Assembly (NCBI GenBank): GCA_964188305.1
Contig: OZ076898.1
Source of the DNA: Podarcis bocagei
Taxonomy: Eukaryota
Length of the DNA stretch: 64,000 bases
Strand: one strand, 5' to 3'
Shown here: positions 12,969 through 26,200 of the stretch, in pieces
Layout: each line of letters opens with the position of its first letter
How positions within the stretch are numbered: position 1 is the first letter of the stretch
Notes under the pieces: generated by a model
What the model saw: only the letters and a program-made list of their open reading frames with translations
The model's database searches: none
What the model was told of the DNA's origin: nothing
Made by a program: the position numbers and the translations under genes

Positions 12969-14339
12969 TGTGTTGCTTGAGGTGGTCTCCCCTAAATGGT
13001 AGGTCCAGCCCTAGATTTAGAACAATAAAATGGGGTGAGAGGTGTGGGTTAGCAGTTAAATCTCCTCCTCCAGGTCAACTGCTCTGCTAAAAATTTCACC
13101 CCCACCCACCCACCCACCCACGGCTAATTTAAGGATTTTTTTAAAAATAAGTTCAGGCAATACCATCACAGATCTCTCACATTACGTTTTGGCAAAAATG
13201 GTTAATGTGACTCCCGTCTCTAGATTTCTGTTGAACACAGAACCACACACACTTACGACACTTTGCCTCTTCATCTCTTACTCTTAAAACAACTCTAGCT
13301 TCCACTGTGATCCAATTAATAGCATAAGAGCAGTAGCTGGGATTTGGTATGGGTGTTTTGGGGAAAAAGAATTGCTTCAAGGAAAAACAGGAACAGCAAC
13401 AGAGTCACCTTGGAGCATAACAATAACATTGACTCAGCCTCTCCTTGTGACTTGATCTGCTTGTGTGTCTTGGGCAGGATCCAAACCACAAGGACTTAGT
13501 CAGATAAAAATACACACATTTAGAAAAAGAGAGCGAAAGGGCCCTGCCTAGGGGGAACGTGAGACACAACACCAGATAGAAAATGCAGGGCAGCACACCA
13601 GCGCAAAGAAATAACAGATCAAAATTTGGGTCTAGAGTTGATTCCACAAACTGGTGTGGCGCAGTACGTAGGGTTAGACTAGGACCAAGGATCCTGGGTT
13701 CAAATTCCCTCTCAGCAATGAAGTCCACCTTGGTCCAGTCACGCACCCTCAGCCTAAACTACCTCAAAGGGTTGCTGTGAGGATAAAATGCAGGGGAGCT
13801 GGAGGAGAGGTGTGTGCCAGCTTGAGCTCCTTTGAGGAACAGTGGGATAAAAAGCCGATAAATTGGATTGCATTTCTTGGTTCTATATGAATAATTTCTC
13901 AGAGCATGTGTAGATTAGCATCTTAACAGATACTAGAGAAATATTATAAGTCCTTTAATCACACAGGGACTCCCAATCCCTGGCCGTTGCATATAAAACA
14001 GAGGAGAGGATTCCTTCCAACAGAGGACTGCCCTCTGCAACAGATGGCCAGTCTATGGCATCCATGCTCAGCACACAGGGATCCCCTGTCTATCTGTTCA
14101 GCAGATGTGGGGAATCTCAGCTTGCAGGTGGACGCCAGAAGCTACAAGAGAGACAAGAAAGCATGGAGCCAGAAATGCAAGAAGACGTATCTCAGCCTAG
14201 CATAAGGGACTGGAATATATTTGAAAGCTACCTTAGACCACTTCCGGTGGCAATTGCTATCCAACACAATCACAGAGTTGGAGGGGGCATGAGGACTTCT
14301 GGCCCACCCCACCCCTTGCTCCACGCAGGAAATCCTAAG

Positions 14340-14583
14340 CCAGTGTGGTGTAGTGGTTAAGAGTGGTAGACTCGTAATCTGGTGGACCGGGTTCAGGTCT
14401 CTGCTCCTCCACATGCAGCTGCTGGGTGACCTTGGGCTAGTCACACTTCTCTGAAGCCTCTCAGCCTCACTCACCTCACAGAGGGTTTGTTGTGGGGGAG
14501 GAAGGGAAAGGAGATTGTTAGCCAATTTTAGACTCCTTAGGGTAGTGATAAAGTGGGATATCAAATCCAAATTATTCTTCTTC
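14340..14583 (+). mobile_element. tRNA-derived squamate SINE
   Basis: A-box TGGTGTAGTGG and B-box-like GGTTCAGGTC; (TTC)n tail; CTAAGC on both flanks. A related copy lies at 23575-23805. Confidence 0.75.
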
Positions 14584-14831
14584 TAAGCTAGAGCACCCAC
14601 AAAAGATGTCCACCTATCCATCCTCTGCCTGAAGATCTCCACCAAGAGAGAGCTCTTGGCAGGTGGCTCCATTTTCAAATTGTGCTTACTGTCAATGAGT
14701 GTCTCCTAATATTCTACCAAAATTTACCCTCCTGTAGCTTCAGCCCATTAAAGAACAATCCTGTGCTCCGTGGCATCACAAACCTAGTTTCTCAGGTGCA
14801 GTGATGGAGGTAAACACTGCTTACTTGGTGC

Positions 14832-15000
14832 CAGTGGCGTAGCGTGGGGGGTGCAGGCGGGGGGGACGGCCGCACAGGGCGGAACATCGGGGGGGTGCGC
14901 GCTCGCACTCACAGCTCTCTGCCCCTACTAAAATCCACAGGTTAGGGGGCGCAAATTATTTGCCTTGCCCCGGGTGCTGACAACCCACGCTACGCCACTG
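14832..15000. mobile_element. hAT-type MITE
   Basis: TIR CAGTGGCGTAGCGTGGG / CCCACGCTACGCCACTG; 8-bp TSD CTTGGTGC at 14824-14831 and 15001-15008. Confidence 0.9.
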
Positions 15001-15189
15001 CTTGGTGCTGCAAGGTATTATACAAACCACTCACTGCACTGTGTGGGACAATTTTTACAATATATAAGCCAGTATAACACAGTGTAGAATCATCATTCCA
15101 TAGGCAAGATTGCAGTGAAATAACATAAACACTAGAACTCTGTATGCCCAGAAGGGTAATTTAAAGATGTTACTAGTCCACATTAAAAC

Positions 15190-15385
15190 AAATCTTGTGG
15201 CACTTTAAAAACAGATTATTTTGGCATAAGCTTTTGTGAAGCATACTTCATCAGATCTGTGGCATATTCATTCATAGACAGATATGATGCAATGGAGTTG
15301 AAAGTTTATGCCGTTTATCTACTAGTCTTGATGGTGCTGCAAAAAAAAAAAAAAAATAAAATCCCCTTGCAACGGACTAACATAT
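15190..15385. mobile_element. Penelope-like repeat remnant with a degenerate minimal hammerhead motif
   Basis: The minus strand reads CTGATGAAGTATGCTTCACAAAAGCTTATGCC, resembling the reptile Penelope-associated CTGATGA...CACGAAAGCTTA motif. A partly inverted second arm follows. Confidence 0.5.
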
Positions 15386-15829
15386 CTGGAAGTAATAGTT
15401 CTAGTTACTAGTCCACTAATCTAACAAGTAGTTCACACCGTAATTTTGAGTACGTGATCAATAAAAAGTAAGCAGTAGATTCTACACCTGAACTAAGGAA
15501 TGTGGTTATAATGTTGATTATTTCAGCTTTCTGTCAAAGACAGTCATGGTCAATAGACATTAATGATCGACACATAGACCCTCTCAAATATACACAAAGT
15601 GGATCAGGTCGTCTTGCGAGCAGAATGATGCCCAGCCCTCAGCACTCCCGGGTAACCACCTTGCAGAGAAATTTACATTTCACATAAGCCTCTGGGCAAC
15701 ATTCATTGTGCTAATCAAATTACTCAGGAGATGTTTGGATCGCATGTTCTTGACGGGAAGTTTTGGTTATAGGATCAGGTGAGGGGTGGGAGTGGGAAGT
15801 CCTTGAGTATACGGAAAAGGAGAGTGTAT

Positions 15830-15962
15830 TGTCACGTGAAGGAGATTAGCAGCATCAGATATTTTACCAGTTGCATCAGATTCTGAGATCTGTTGCCTGT
15901 AGCTTTAAGGGGTGGAAGAGGATGATGCAATTGTGGGTGTTGTTGGGGGTGTATATATATAC
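15830..15962 (+). promoter_or_regulatory. NUPR1 proximal promoter: E-box, two C/EBP-ATF (CARE/AARE) sites, TATA-like run
   Basis: GTCACGTGA at 15831; GTTGCATCA at 15870-15878; TGATGCAAT at 15923-15931; TATATATA at 15952, about 140 bp upstream of the ATG. Confidence 0.65.
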
Positions 15963-16095
15963 ACGTTGTCTCCCAAACACATTGAGAGAGAAAAACAGGC
16001 TCACAGAGAAGACAGATAGCACTTTGAACTCCTGATTGTTGTCATTCCTTCCTTCCTTTTTCTCCACTAGCTGTCAACGAAAGATCGGTCCCAGC

Positions 16096-17383
16096 ATGTC
16101 GACTTCTTTCGTCCAAGTCGAGAAGCTACACCCAACGCCTTTCGAGGTGGAATACTTTGACCAGTATGATTTCTACAGCCTGACGGACAGATACAGCAGT
16201 AAGTGCACTGCAGAAATGGGGGAGAACCCAAGGGCGGGAAAATCCCATATTGTGAAGGAATTCTTAGGGTTGCAGTAGAAACTATGCTCTGGGTCGTTTG
16301 AAAAACACTGGCATAGATAAAGAAGAAACATATAGAAGGATGGCAGGGAACTAGGCGCAGTGTAAAACCGTAATGTTGAACAGCAAGCTGTGAGTGATCC
16401 CGTGCAAAAGATTGCACCTCTGTTTGCTGCATTAAATTCTAACACCACTGATTCCCTTCTCACAAATCCCCCACCCTAAAATTTGAATTCCAGCTTCACC
16501 CACATAAAGCCAAGTTTTTGTGCATCTTTAACCACTCCAGCTGTGTGCTACCATAAAGTTGGTTAAAACAGGTTACTGGTCTCTAATAGCATTATACTGT
16601 AGTCATTTTGTGGCTTGCCTACAGCGAGGAAAAAGGATGCCAAAGGGTTAACAACTCAGTACTAAGCGAAGGCATCCCTGGATGTTGTGCGTCAGTCATG
16701 TGGTGCCTTTTTCCTTATAAACAAACAGCCCCAAGTTACCATTGGAATGCTCTTCACAAACAGAGCCATGCATAAATGTGAATCACTCTGGTAGTGCCTG
16801 ATTCACAAGATGACTAGCAAAAGTCTACTGTCGCTGCATGAATCACCTGTAGCTGTTCAAGTCTTTTCCTCCATGGGTGGAAAAGCAGCTAGAAGGTATG
16901 ATTTCGAGTAGCAAAAAATGACCCCAGGGGAAAAGGTTAAAGGGCTTAAGTCACAGCTCCCTAGGCTGTTTTTCTTCATCATCCAGGAAAACTGCATATG
17001 CAAAGGACAAGCCACAGCAGCTCACTTCTCTGGAAGAAACCTGCTTCTTAGGCTAGGGGTGTGTGGTGAAATTAGCATTAGCTAAAAGCTGCAGAATCCC
17101 TACCCCTAGTAACACTAGAGAAGCAGATGCACGCTAGTACATGGCCACCCCTCACCCTCAAAATAATTAGCCGTTTGGGGAAATTATAGTCCAACTGCCT
17201 GTGATGCAGAATACTATTAACTTGTGTTTGGTTCCACCAGGTGGCTCCTCCCGCAAAGGTCGTTCCAAGAAAGAGGCGGAGGATCATACAAACCGCCCAA
17301 ATCCTGGGGGCCATGAGCGTAAGATAGTATTGAAGCTGCAACGCACGGAGCAAAAACGGAAAGGGACAGCATCCAAGAAATGA
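16096..17383 (+). CDS. NUPR1: nuclear protein 1 (p8), 81 aa
   Basis: Exons 16096-16198 and 17241-17383 (GT-AG, in frame) encode MSTSFVQVEKLHPTPFEVEYFDQYDFYSLTDRYSSGSSRKGRSKKEAEDHTNRPNPGGHERKIVLKLQRTEQKRKGTASKK, with the p8 signature TNRPxPGGHERK. Donor at 17393; non-coding last exon from 17704 with AATAAA at 17974. Confidence 0.93.
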
Positions 17384-20286
17384 AAAACGCAGGTGAGAGG
17401 CCTCCTCTGTGCTGCTTAACAAAATGGCCGCCCTTCTGCCAATAAAAGGATACCACCCAAAACGGCTGCCACTTAGATGAACAAGATGTTCACAATACAA
17501 AAAAGGGGCTGCCCCTTTTTTTAAAGGCAAGAGACATAATCAAAAACAATGGGAGCGGTACAAATTTAGGGTAATGCATATTTAAAATCCCTTCACTTCA
17601 CTACTGGGTGTGGATCAGGTGTCAAGCTAATACTCGCACATTGGCCGCAGGAAGTTGTGATGTGCACTGTTCACAAATCTTTCCCTCCCTTTCTCCCCCA
17701 CAGCTCTGAGTCTGATCACAATACTCAGGTTCTGGACACAACGGCAACGTCGATACGGAGATAGATGAACGCCACGCAATGGTGGTTTCTTTTGAGGAGG
17801 AACAAGGTCTACTGCTTGCAGCAAGTGAGAGTGACGCTGAAGATGGTCAAGATGACCGCAGCCCAGCCCAAAAAACCAGCGAGGATGAGAATGAGGAAGA
17901 GACGGCTGCAGCAGCCATCCCTCTCACCTCATAAAGGCCAATGGAAGGACGCACATTTAAGCTCAGAATAGAAAATAAAACCTTCCAAGCCTTTTCATTT
18001 GGGTTTGGGTTTTTAAAATTGTATTGCAAACTGCCCTGAGGTAAATTTACAAAGGGTTATATACAGTTGATATACAAATGTATCAAATAAACAATATACA
18101 GATTTTAATATCTTGCCTGGGGGTGGAAACTCTTCACCTGTTTACTTGCTGATATGTAATTGCCTATGTAAAAGTCTTTGCCCTTTTCCCAATTTTGGGG
18201 TGGTAGCTGGTGATCTACAAGTAGTGAAACTGGGAAAATCGTGGATAGCATGAATTCATAGAAAAGCTGCATCCACAGAGAACCAGAAAGGGCAGAAGGG
18301 AAGGCAATATATTCAAATTGCACACCCTAAACCAATGTACTTTCTAGATTAAATAAAGATGCATGACTGTTTTCTTGTGACACTCATTTGAATGGAGCTG
18401 GGCCAGGAAACATGAGGAAAAAGCAGAAATTAAAACCAGGAGGGGAAGGGGCTACATGTGAGGACTAAAAGCTTCTGGATGAAAAAAAGAAGCCAAGGCA
18501 AATTCTACAGTGAGCTTTATTAAATGCGCCATCCTCCCCACACCCACCCTTAGTGGTAATGTTTGCTGGAGCACATTGCGGAAAGAGAAACTTGCTTTAC
18601 TGAAGCCCTAGGCAAGGGGTTCATACCAGCAAAATTTAAAACAGCTTATAATGAGCATATTTTATGAATTTCAGGCTACACCCCTCCTCTTCCCCATCAC
18701 CACCTTAGTATCAGTTCGTACCAACAAAAGACACAAAGCTTCAGAAAGTGGTGGGGAGGAACCAAAATGGTGAGCCGATTAGCAGTGACACAGCCATAAA
18801 TTCTGGCTCCTCTCCTTTTCCTGAAGCAAAGCAATCGTGGAAGTTGGTAGCTGGCATACATACCATGGGCTATTTTCTGTTTCTAGGGAGGAAAGACAAT
18901 TGAAATTGAACTCTTGCGCCCCTGTTCCATTGACTAGCACCACCACAATCCCATTTGGGGATAGGGCTTGAGAAGCTATAACCCCAATTGTAACATTTTT
19001 GTGCAGCTGCAATTTAGAAACTCACAATTAAGCCGTTTCTCTTGGATCATGGTTTACATCCAAGTCTCTTAAAGAAAGAGATTAGAGAAAAATAGCTCCC
19101 CCTACATTGAAAAGTTTCTGATCCTCACAACATGATTGGTTACTGCTACTTGCCTCAATATGTGGAGTATCTCAAAACAGATGGAAAGATCAGTCTCTTA
19201 TGGACACACCATCTTTAGCCATTTCATGAGGCACAAATACAGAGACTACAACGGAGATGTCTGAGAATCAATGAATGCAGCTGAGGGACCCAAATGAGGG
19301 AAATTAGCTGAGACAGCCCTTTTTTCCAGGCAGGTGCCACTAGATGTGTGGGATGAGACTCCCAGTATGCTACAATGAGTGCTGGAGACAGTATAGCTTA
19401 TATTAAAAATGCAGTTATGGTGAGAATTCACAGCGTTAAGTATCAGCATAGGTAGGACTGCAGAACGAATGAGAGGACAGTGGCTATCAGCAAAAATGTC
19501 CTGACTTCCCCTCAAGAGCTGGTATCAGTTGAAGGCACTTCGTAGTGTGAGACGGAGGATGACATGGGCATCTCCAAGTCCTAATGCAACATCCAGAGAT
19601 GTTCAGAGGTCAGAGGTATGAGGTATTGCTTGCCAAAGGATAAGAAGAAGACACTGACCTTGACATTTAACAGAGACAAAAGTCATCCTAAGGGACAGTG
19701 GATGGGCCAAGGCTAGTTACAGGTGGAAGTGATGCAGAGATGATGCATTGCCAAAGGAGGGGAGTACCAATTAGGGTCATGAAGACAGGTGGTCCCCATC
19801 TTAATTAAAATGATGTTAGTAGCCAGTAAAAGAGCATTATCAGCTTATAGTGTTGCCAATTAAAAACTTGGTTATTTAGGAGTGACATAGTTCAATCAGG
19901 TGCAAAAAGCAGCTGGGCAATGCTGCTGTTGCTCCCTCATGAGGCCACAGAAAAGGCCAGAGGCACCATCCCATTAGAAGTTAAGTGTAGCAGCCTTAGC
20001 AGGACTTGTACAGTGCGGACGCAGGGCACCACTGGTGTGATTGATCCCAGTTCAGAAGAACACAGGGTGCCCACTCCTATCCAATCAAATACAAGGAGTT
20101 GACCTATGTAGAACAGATGCCAAGTCAATTAGAAGCCCATGAAGTGGCGTTTTTTAAAAAAATCCTGGCCCCTTAGGACGGTTCACAGTTGCTGTACAAA
20201 TCTCTGTTCTCTGGAGTGACTCAGAGGGGAGAGATTTTAACATGGCAGGGGATTGGCAGTCTCTCTGAATCCATTAGGGAGGAGTT

Positions 20287-23200
20287 TCAGCTCAGGTCCT
20301 GCTCGCCGATGCTTTGGCGAAGGTATTCCTCATAGAGCTGTCTCTGCAGAAAAAACAGAATTACTTGTAACCTGATACACTGGCCAGCCCCTTCTCCTAG
20401 GAAGGATATCCCCAACCTACCATTACCCAGAATCCCACACAGGAGTCATGAACCCTGCCAAGCCCTGTGTCATAACTCCAAACCAAATTCCCAAAGCTGT
20501 CAACCTTTTTTTCTAGCACCACGTCCACTACGTAGTCTCGCCTGTCCTCCAGCTGCCGCTTCTGTTTCTTTGAGAGAGTGGGCTTTGTCCTAAACAAGAA
20601 AGGAGGAGGGATACGTTAGTGTGGTGCATGTCTCCTCTGCACAAGGCTCTCTTAGCGTTAAGCCGAGAGTTTCTTACCTGAAAGTGTAACTGGCCAAGAG
20701 CAGGAGGAGAATTGAGAGGCCAAGAAGACCAAAGAATACTGTTAAGGTTTGCTCTTCAGGGACAAGGCTCCACATGGAAGCAATTGGACGCTGAAAAATA
20801 AGATAGTGGGTGTAAGACACAAGAGTTTGTATTCACAGAGGAAATCATAAGAGCTCACATACTATTTGCTTTAAATATTTTTTTACTAAAAATCCAAACA
20901 TTTTATGGCAAGGCAATCCAAATTTCCTACTGACAAAATTGAAATTCTGTGTCCTGCAAAAAATAAGCAATATAAGCATGCATGCTTTAATTATATTTAT
21001 CATCAAGTGTTCTACTATCTAGGCGCTGCCCAAATTTATTTTGTTTACTTTTTAAAGAACCACGGTTGTTTCCCCCCAAAAAACACAGTTTTCTTATTTA
21101 AGAAAAAAGAAAGAAAATTGGGATTCGTACTGCACTGAATCCTGCAACCATGTTGCATGGGGGAAGAATTATAGACAGCACACAGCCATAGTTATTTGTA
21201 TCAAAGTTAATTTATCTAGCATTTGTGACTACAGGGTATATCCAGTTAGTCATACTCGGAGGGTGCCCATTAAAAGTAATGTGTACTATTAACTTAGGTC
21301 CATTCTTTCCTTTTTTTCATTCTTTTCAGTGGGTCTAGTCTGGGTAAAGCCTGGATACAACCTTCTGACTTATTTCTTCCACCCTCTAGAGATGCACAAA
21401 TGAGGAAAGAATGGCAATTTTCTAATTGCTCCTTTTAAAAGCTTGCTTTCAAACTCTTATACATGAAAGCTAAAATATGGCTTCTCCTCTCCCCTGCCCC
21501 TCCAAATGAAAGCAAAGATTCTGCTACACTATTACTTTTACACTTGCACAGAATTGTGGATAATACATGGCTCCAGACATAAAAAGTGTAATGGAGCTTA
21601 ACTGAGGAGCATCCTGAGAAAGCACGGGGGGAAATAGCGATTATGAGGAAATGAGGAGCAATGGGAAACTGAATTGAGGGAAGGTAAGCAATAAAAGCAC
21701 TCACCATGGACAGCTCTAACGCCTGGCTTTGCTCTTCTCCCAATACCAAAGTCCAGAGTTGGCGAGCAAAGGCTGTACCAAAGAGCAAGGTCACGAGGAG
21801 AAAGATGGGCAGGAGGCAGCCTGCTAGCCCAAGCAGCGCTCCCCGGAAATGAGCGCGGAAGTTGCTGTTTCTGGCCTCACTGGGCACATAGAGAGGAGAG
21901 AGAAAGAGCAACACACACACACTTGGGAACGAGGAAGACCACTACAATGTCCCAGGCACTCAAATCCTGCTACCCCTAATGCACTCATAGATGTCTATTT
22001 CCTGATTCCCTCTCCAATCTCTTTCACAATTTCTAGAGAAGATCTCTCCGGCCCCAAACACATGTTAATTAACTGCTCAATGTCCCTCCCACATGCATTT
22101 CACTTCAGGGCGGCCAGGTGGGCTCGCTAACCCGCCTTTTCATCCCATAAAAACTTCACACTCCATTCTTCCATCTGTGATTTGATGCGCTACCCTGCTC
22201 CCTGCTAACTGCTTCTCACAGCCAGCCCTTCACAGACTGACAAGCAGCTCCAGCTCTTATGGGGAATATGACAACGTTCAAGACATTCTTCTTTCGCTTC
22301 CCACGATGCCGCGCTCTTACTTGTCCTCTTCTAGCAAACGCTGTGTGCCCTCCTCGATGAGGTGGCAGTCCCGCTCCAAAGCGTTGAGTGTGTGCTGCAC
22401 AGTTTGGCTGATTGTCTTCTCGATGGTTCGGCAGATCTCCTCAATCTGATTAACGCACCGGCTTGGCTGAGGGACAGTGTTAGGCTGGTTACACACACCA
22501 CCATTCATAGCCCATCAACATCCTCCTAGCAAATCTCACTTTTCTCAAACACACCAAGGTGCAATTGTTTTGCATTTTTTCTTCCCTCTTCCCAAGGCTT
22601 CCCACCTTCTCATTAACTTTACCTCATGGAGGCTTACCCATCACCCCCACCTCTGAAATGGCAAAGGGTTGCCACTCACCTTATTGGAGTTGGGGATGTA
22701 GATTGTGGGCATATCAAACCCGCACTTATTGAGGCCTGGGCGCTTGCAGAGTTCCTGGACAATTTGCATCAGCACCCTCTGTCAGGAAAGAGAACAGGTC
22801 AGAATCAAGAAAAAAGGGAAAGACCTTGTGCTGCTCTAGGCTGCTTCCCTTACTTAAACAGACATTCTGTCTCCTGTTTCTTGATCATTATCCCCAAGAC
22901 AACCTCACCCTGTGAGTACCTGTCTGTCACCTTCTGCACCCGCCTCATCAGCCTTGCTGAGGTAAAAATGCAGCTTGTCTCCATGGCCCTCATTGAGCTG
23001 CTCCACAATGTTGAGAGTGCGTTTGCAAAGGGCCTGTCCCATGGGGTCAAAAAAGACCAGGATGAGGTCGCAGAGCTGGCCTGGAAGCCAAGACAATGGC
23101 AGAAGAAGGGAGTTAATCTACAGTAAAAGATGCCTCGGGCTAAAATATTCTCCCTACTGCCACTGTGGCAATGCAGCATTTCTCTATGAATTCTTGCCAC

Positions 23201-26200
23201 AAAGTTTTATCATCACTTGAAAAGATATTTTCACAAATTCTCCCAAAGACACTTATTACTAATTATGAAATAAAACAGCAAAAACCTAATTAGGAAAGAA
23301 AACAGCAAAAAAATCAAATTTCCCTCCAGATTCCAACCACCACCACATCTTTGTACCCCAGAGTTCCTTTCTTTATACCTCCATTCCAGTTCTCCCTACA
23401 CAGGTCCATTTTCTTTTGAATACTAGCTTGATCCAGAATAGCAGTTATTCCCAATGCCATTTTCTAGATCAGGAATGGTGAAAATGTGGCCCTCCAGAGG
23501 TCACTGGAATCCAATTCCCTTCAACCCCAGCTGGCACAGCCAATGGTACAGTGGTGCCTCGCAAGACGAAAAGAGGAGTTTGGATTTGGATTTGATATCC
23601 CGCCTTTCATTCCCCTTCAGGAGTCTCAAAGCGGCTAACAATCTCCTTTCCCTTCCTCCCCCACAACAAACACTCTGTGAGGTGAGTGGGGCTGAGAGAC
23701 TTCACAGAAGTGTGACTGGCCCAAGGTCACCCAGCAGCTGCATGTGGAGGAGCGGAGACACGAACCCGGTTACCCAGATTACGTGACTGCCGCTCTTAAC
23801 CACTGTCTTTTTGTCTTGCGATGTTTTTCGTCTTGCGAAGCACGGTCCGTCGCAACTGCGCCTCTTCAAGCGGCTTTTAAAAAAAAACCCAAGACGTTTT
23901 CGTCTTGCGAAGCAAGCCCATAGGGAAATTCGTCTAGCGAAGCGACGCAAAAACGGAAAACCCTTTCGTCTAGCGAGTTTTTCGTCTTGCGAGGCATTCG
24001 TCTTGCGGGGCACCACTGTAAGGGATAATGGGAGCTGATGTTCAATGACACCTGGAGGCTTACAGGTTCCTCATCTTTGCTCTGGATTAAGAACAAAAAG
24101 AAAGCCTGCCGGATCAGGCCAAAGCCCCATCTAGTCCAACACTCAGTCCTCACAATGATCAATCAAGATCCCTGTAGGAAGCCTGCAAGCTGAACCCGAG
24201 CACAATGCCCAGCAATTGGTATTCAGAGGCATAATGCCTCCAAAAGAGGAATTCATTAGGAGAATCTACGGCAGGAGACAACGCCATTCCACTTATCCAC
24301 ACTGCTACACTCACCAAACCAGATAAGTGCCCCTTCCACATCAAAAGGGTATTTCATGTCTCCGTCCACCAAGCCTGGCGTGTCAAGGAAAGTGACCAGG
24401 GGGAACTGCTTCTGCTTAGAGGTACAGATCTCAGTGCTCAGGTACTCCGGCACACCTAAAAGAAAGGGGGGGGAGGCAAAATTAAGACTCTGAAGTAGGC
24501 TCTTACCACTGACGGATGCTAAGCACTGTGTCTGTTCTCTACCTCTCCTGAAAACAAACACCGTCCTCCAATCACCGTCCACCCACTGTGGTGGTGTAAC
24601 TCAAGGTGGCGGAGTTCCACAACTCCACGTATCTCGATGACTTGATGGCATGATTGCAACAGCCACCCACAAATCCTGTAGATGCCAGTTGCCTGCCTTA
24701 AGGAACAACTGATTCAATTCATGTCACCGTTTAATGCAGAGGTCCACTCCTTGCTCTTAATTATTTGCAACTAACCTTTGAAACTCTGCAAGGCCTGGAA
24801 ATGGGGGTACAGATGGAGTGTGGCATTACCCTGTAAGAGGGGGGGGGAAACAGAAGAGGTTAGAACACAGGATACTGTACTACAGTACAGATAGCATTGA
24901 AAAGATCAGACAAAATCTTGGCCATAGGTCCATCCTATATGTGAATTCATTATTTAAGTTCTTCAGTTATTCCAGATCACCTTATACACTCAACTGCTTA
25001 TATAAGTGGAACTGATATTGTTACACATTTACAAGGAATCCATCTTTGTGAGTGTGGTACCACCTTTACTTAGGAACTCCTTGCCTATAGGAAATACTCA
25101 CCGTGAGAGATTCTCGCTTCCTTCCACTAGTGATGAAGGTGAAACCCTGAGTCTCAATAGCTACACCGGTGCGTTGAATGTGCTCCTCAACATACCTGCA
25201 GGAAAACATTGAAGGGAACAAGATGCTTTTGAATGACGGAAATGTCATTTGACCCATTCCCACCACAAAACTACCCTGGGTATCTTGTAGCCCCCTCTTT
25301 GCATACTGAAACAAGCCAGGATGAATGCAAGCCCTCTGGTACTCAGAATATCCTGTCCAACCCATCAACTAGCAATAATTCATAGCAAACTGTATCTTGC
25401 ATAAATACCAAGGAGTTCCATGAAATGATACCTGTATCTTTTGTTACTATGTATCAGTGTTAAGAAACCACCCTAACAGCCCTGCAGACACCCCAATGCC
25501 TCCTATTCAGCAGCAAAACCTTCCTCAAGTCATCAAACACTGGGGGGGGGGGTGAACTGGAAGTTTGGCAGAGACCTGAAATGCACCACCACCAAACCCC
25601 ATAGGATTTCCTCAGAACGCCATGCACCCGGGGCCAGATTTAGTTTTGATGAGGCCCTTAGCTACTGAAGGTAATGGGGCCCTTTATATGTCCAGTTGTC
25701 CTTTGTCAACAACAAATTGTCGCTGTTTTTCGTGTTGAATATATGCTATATGGTAATTTATGGACCTAACAGGTATCTAAAGCCATTTGCCACTGTTGCT
25801 GTATGTAGGTTTTATTTTATTTTATATCTTATATTTTGGAAATGTACATCCAGTAGTTTTTTCCTTTAATTTTTTTGGGGAGCCCAAGAGAGTGGGGCCC
25901 TAAGCTATAGCTTGTTTAGCTTATACATAAATTCGGCACTGCCATGCACCCATGCCAACACACCCCTTGGCACGATACTCTGCTTCCAGCTCCCTTGGGT
26001 TTGCTGAAAATTAGTCTCTTAATGTCAGGGTTGTGGGTTCGAGTCCCAAGTTGGGCAAAAGATCTGTGCATTGCAGGGGTTGGTCTGGATGACCCTTGGG
26101 GTCCCTTCCAACCCTACCATTTCTATGAGTCCCTTTGCCCTCCTTTGTATATCCCTCTTCAGCTCACCAGTTGATGAAGCTGCTCTTGCCAGCGCTGTGG

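Noticed and set aside
22626-23126. 166-aa plus-strand ORF
   Set aside because: Antisense shadow of NTPase exons 6-7.
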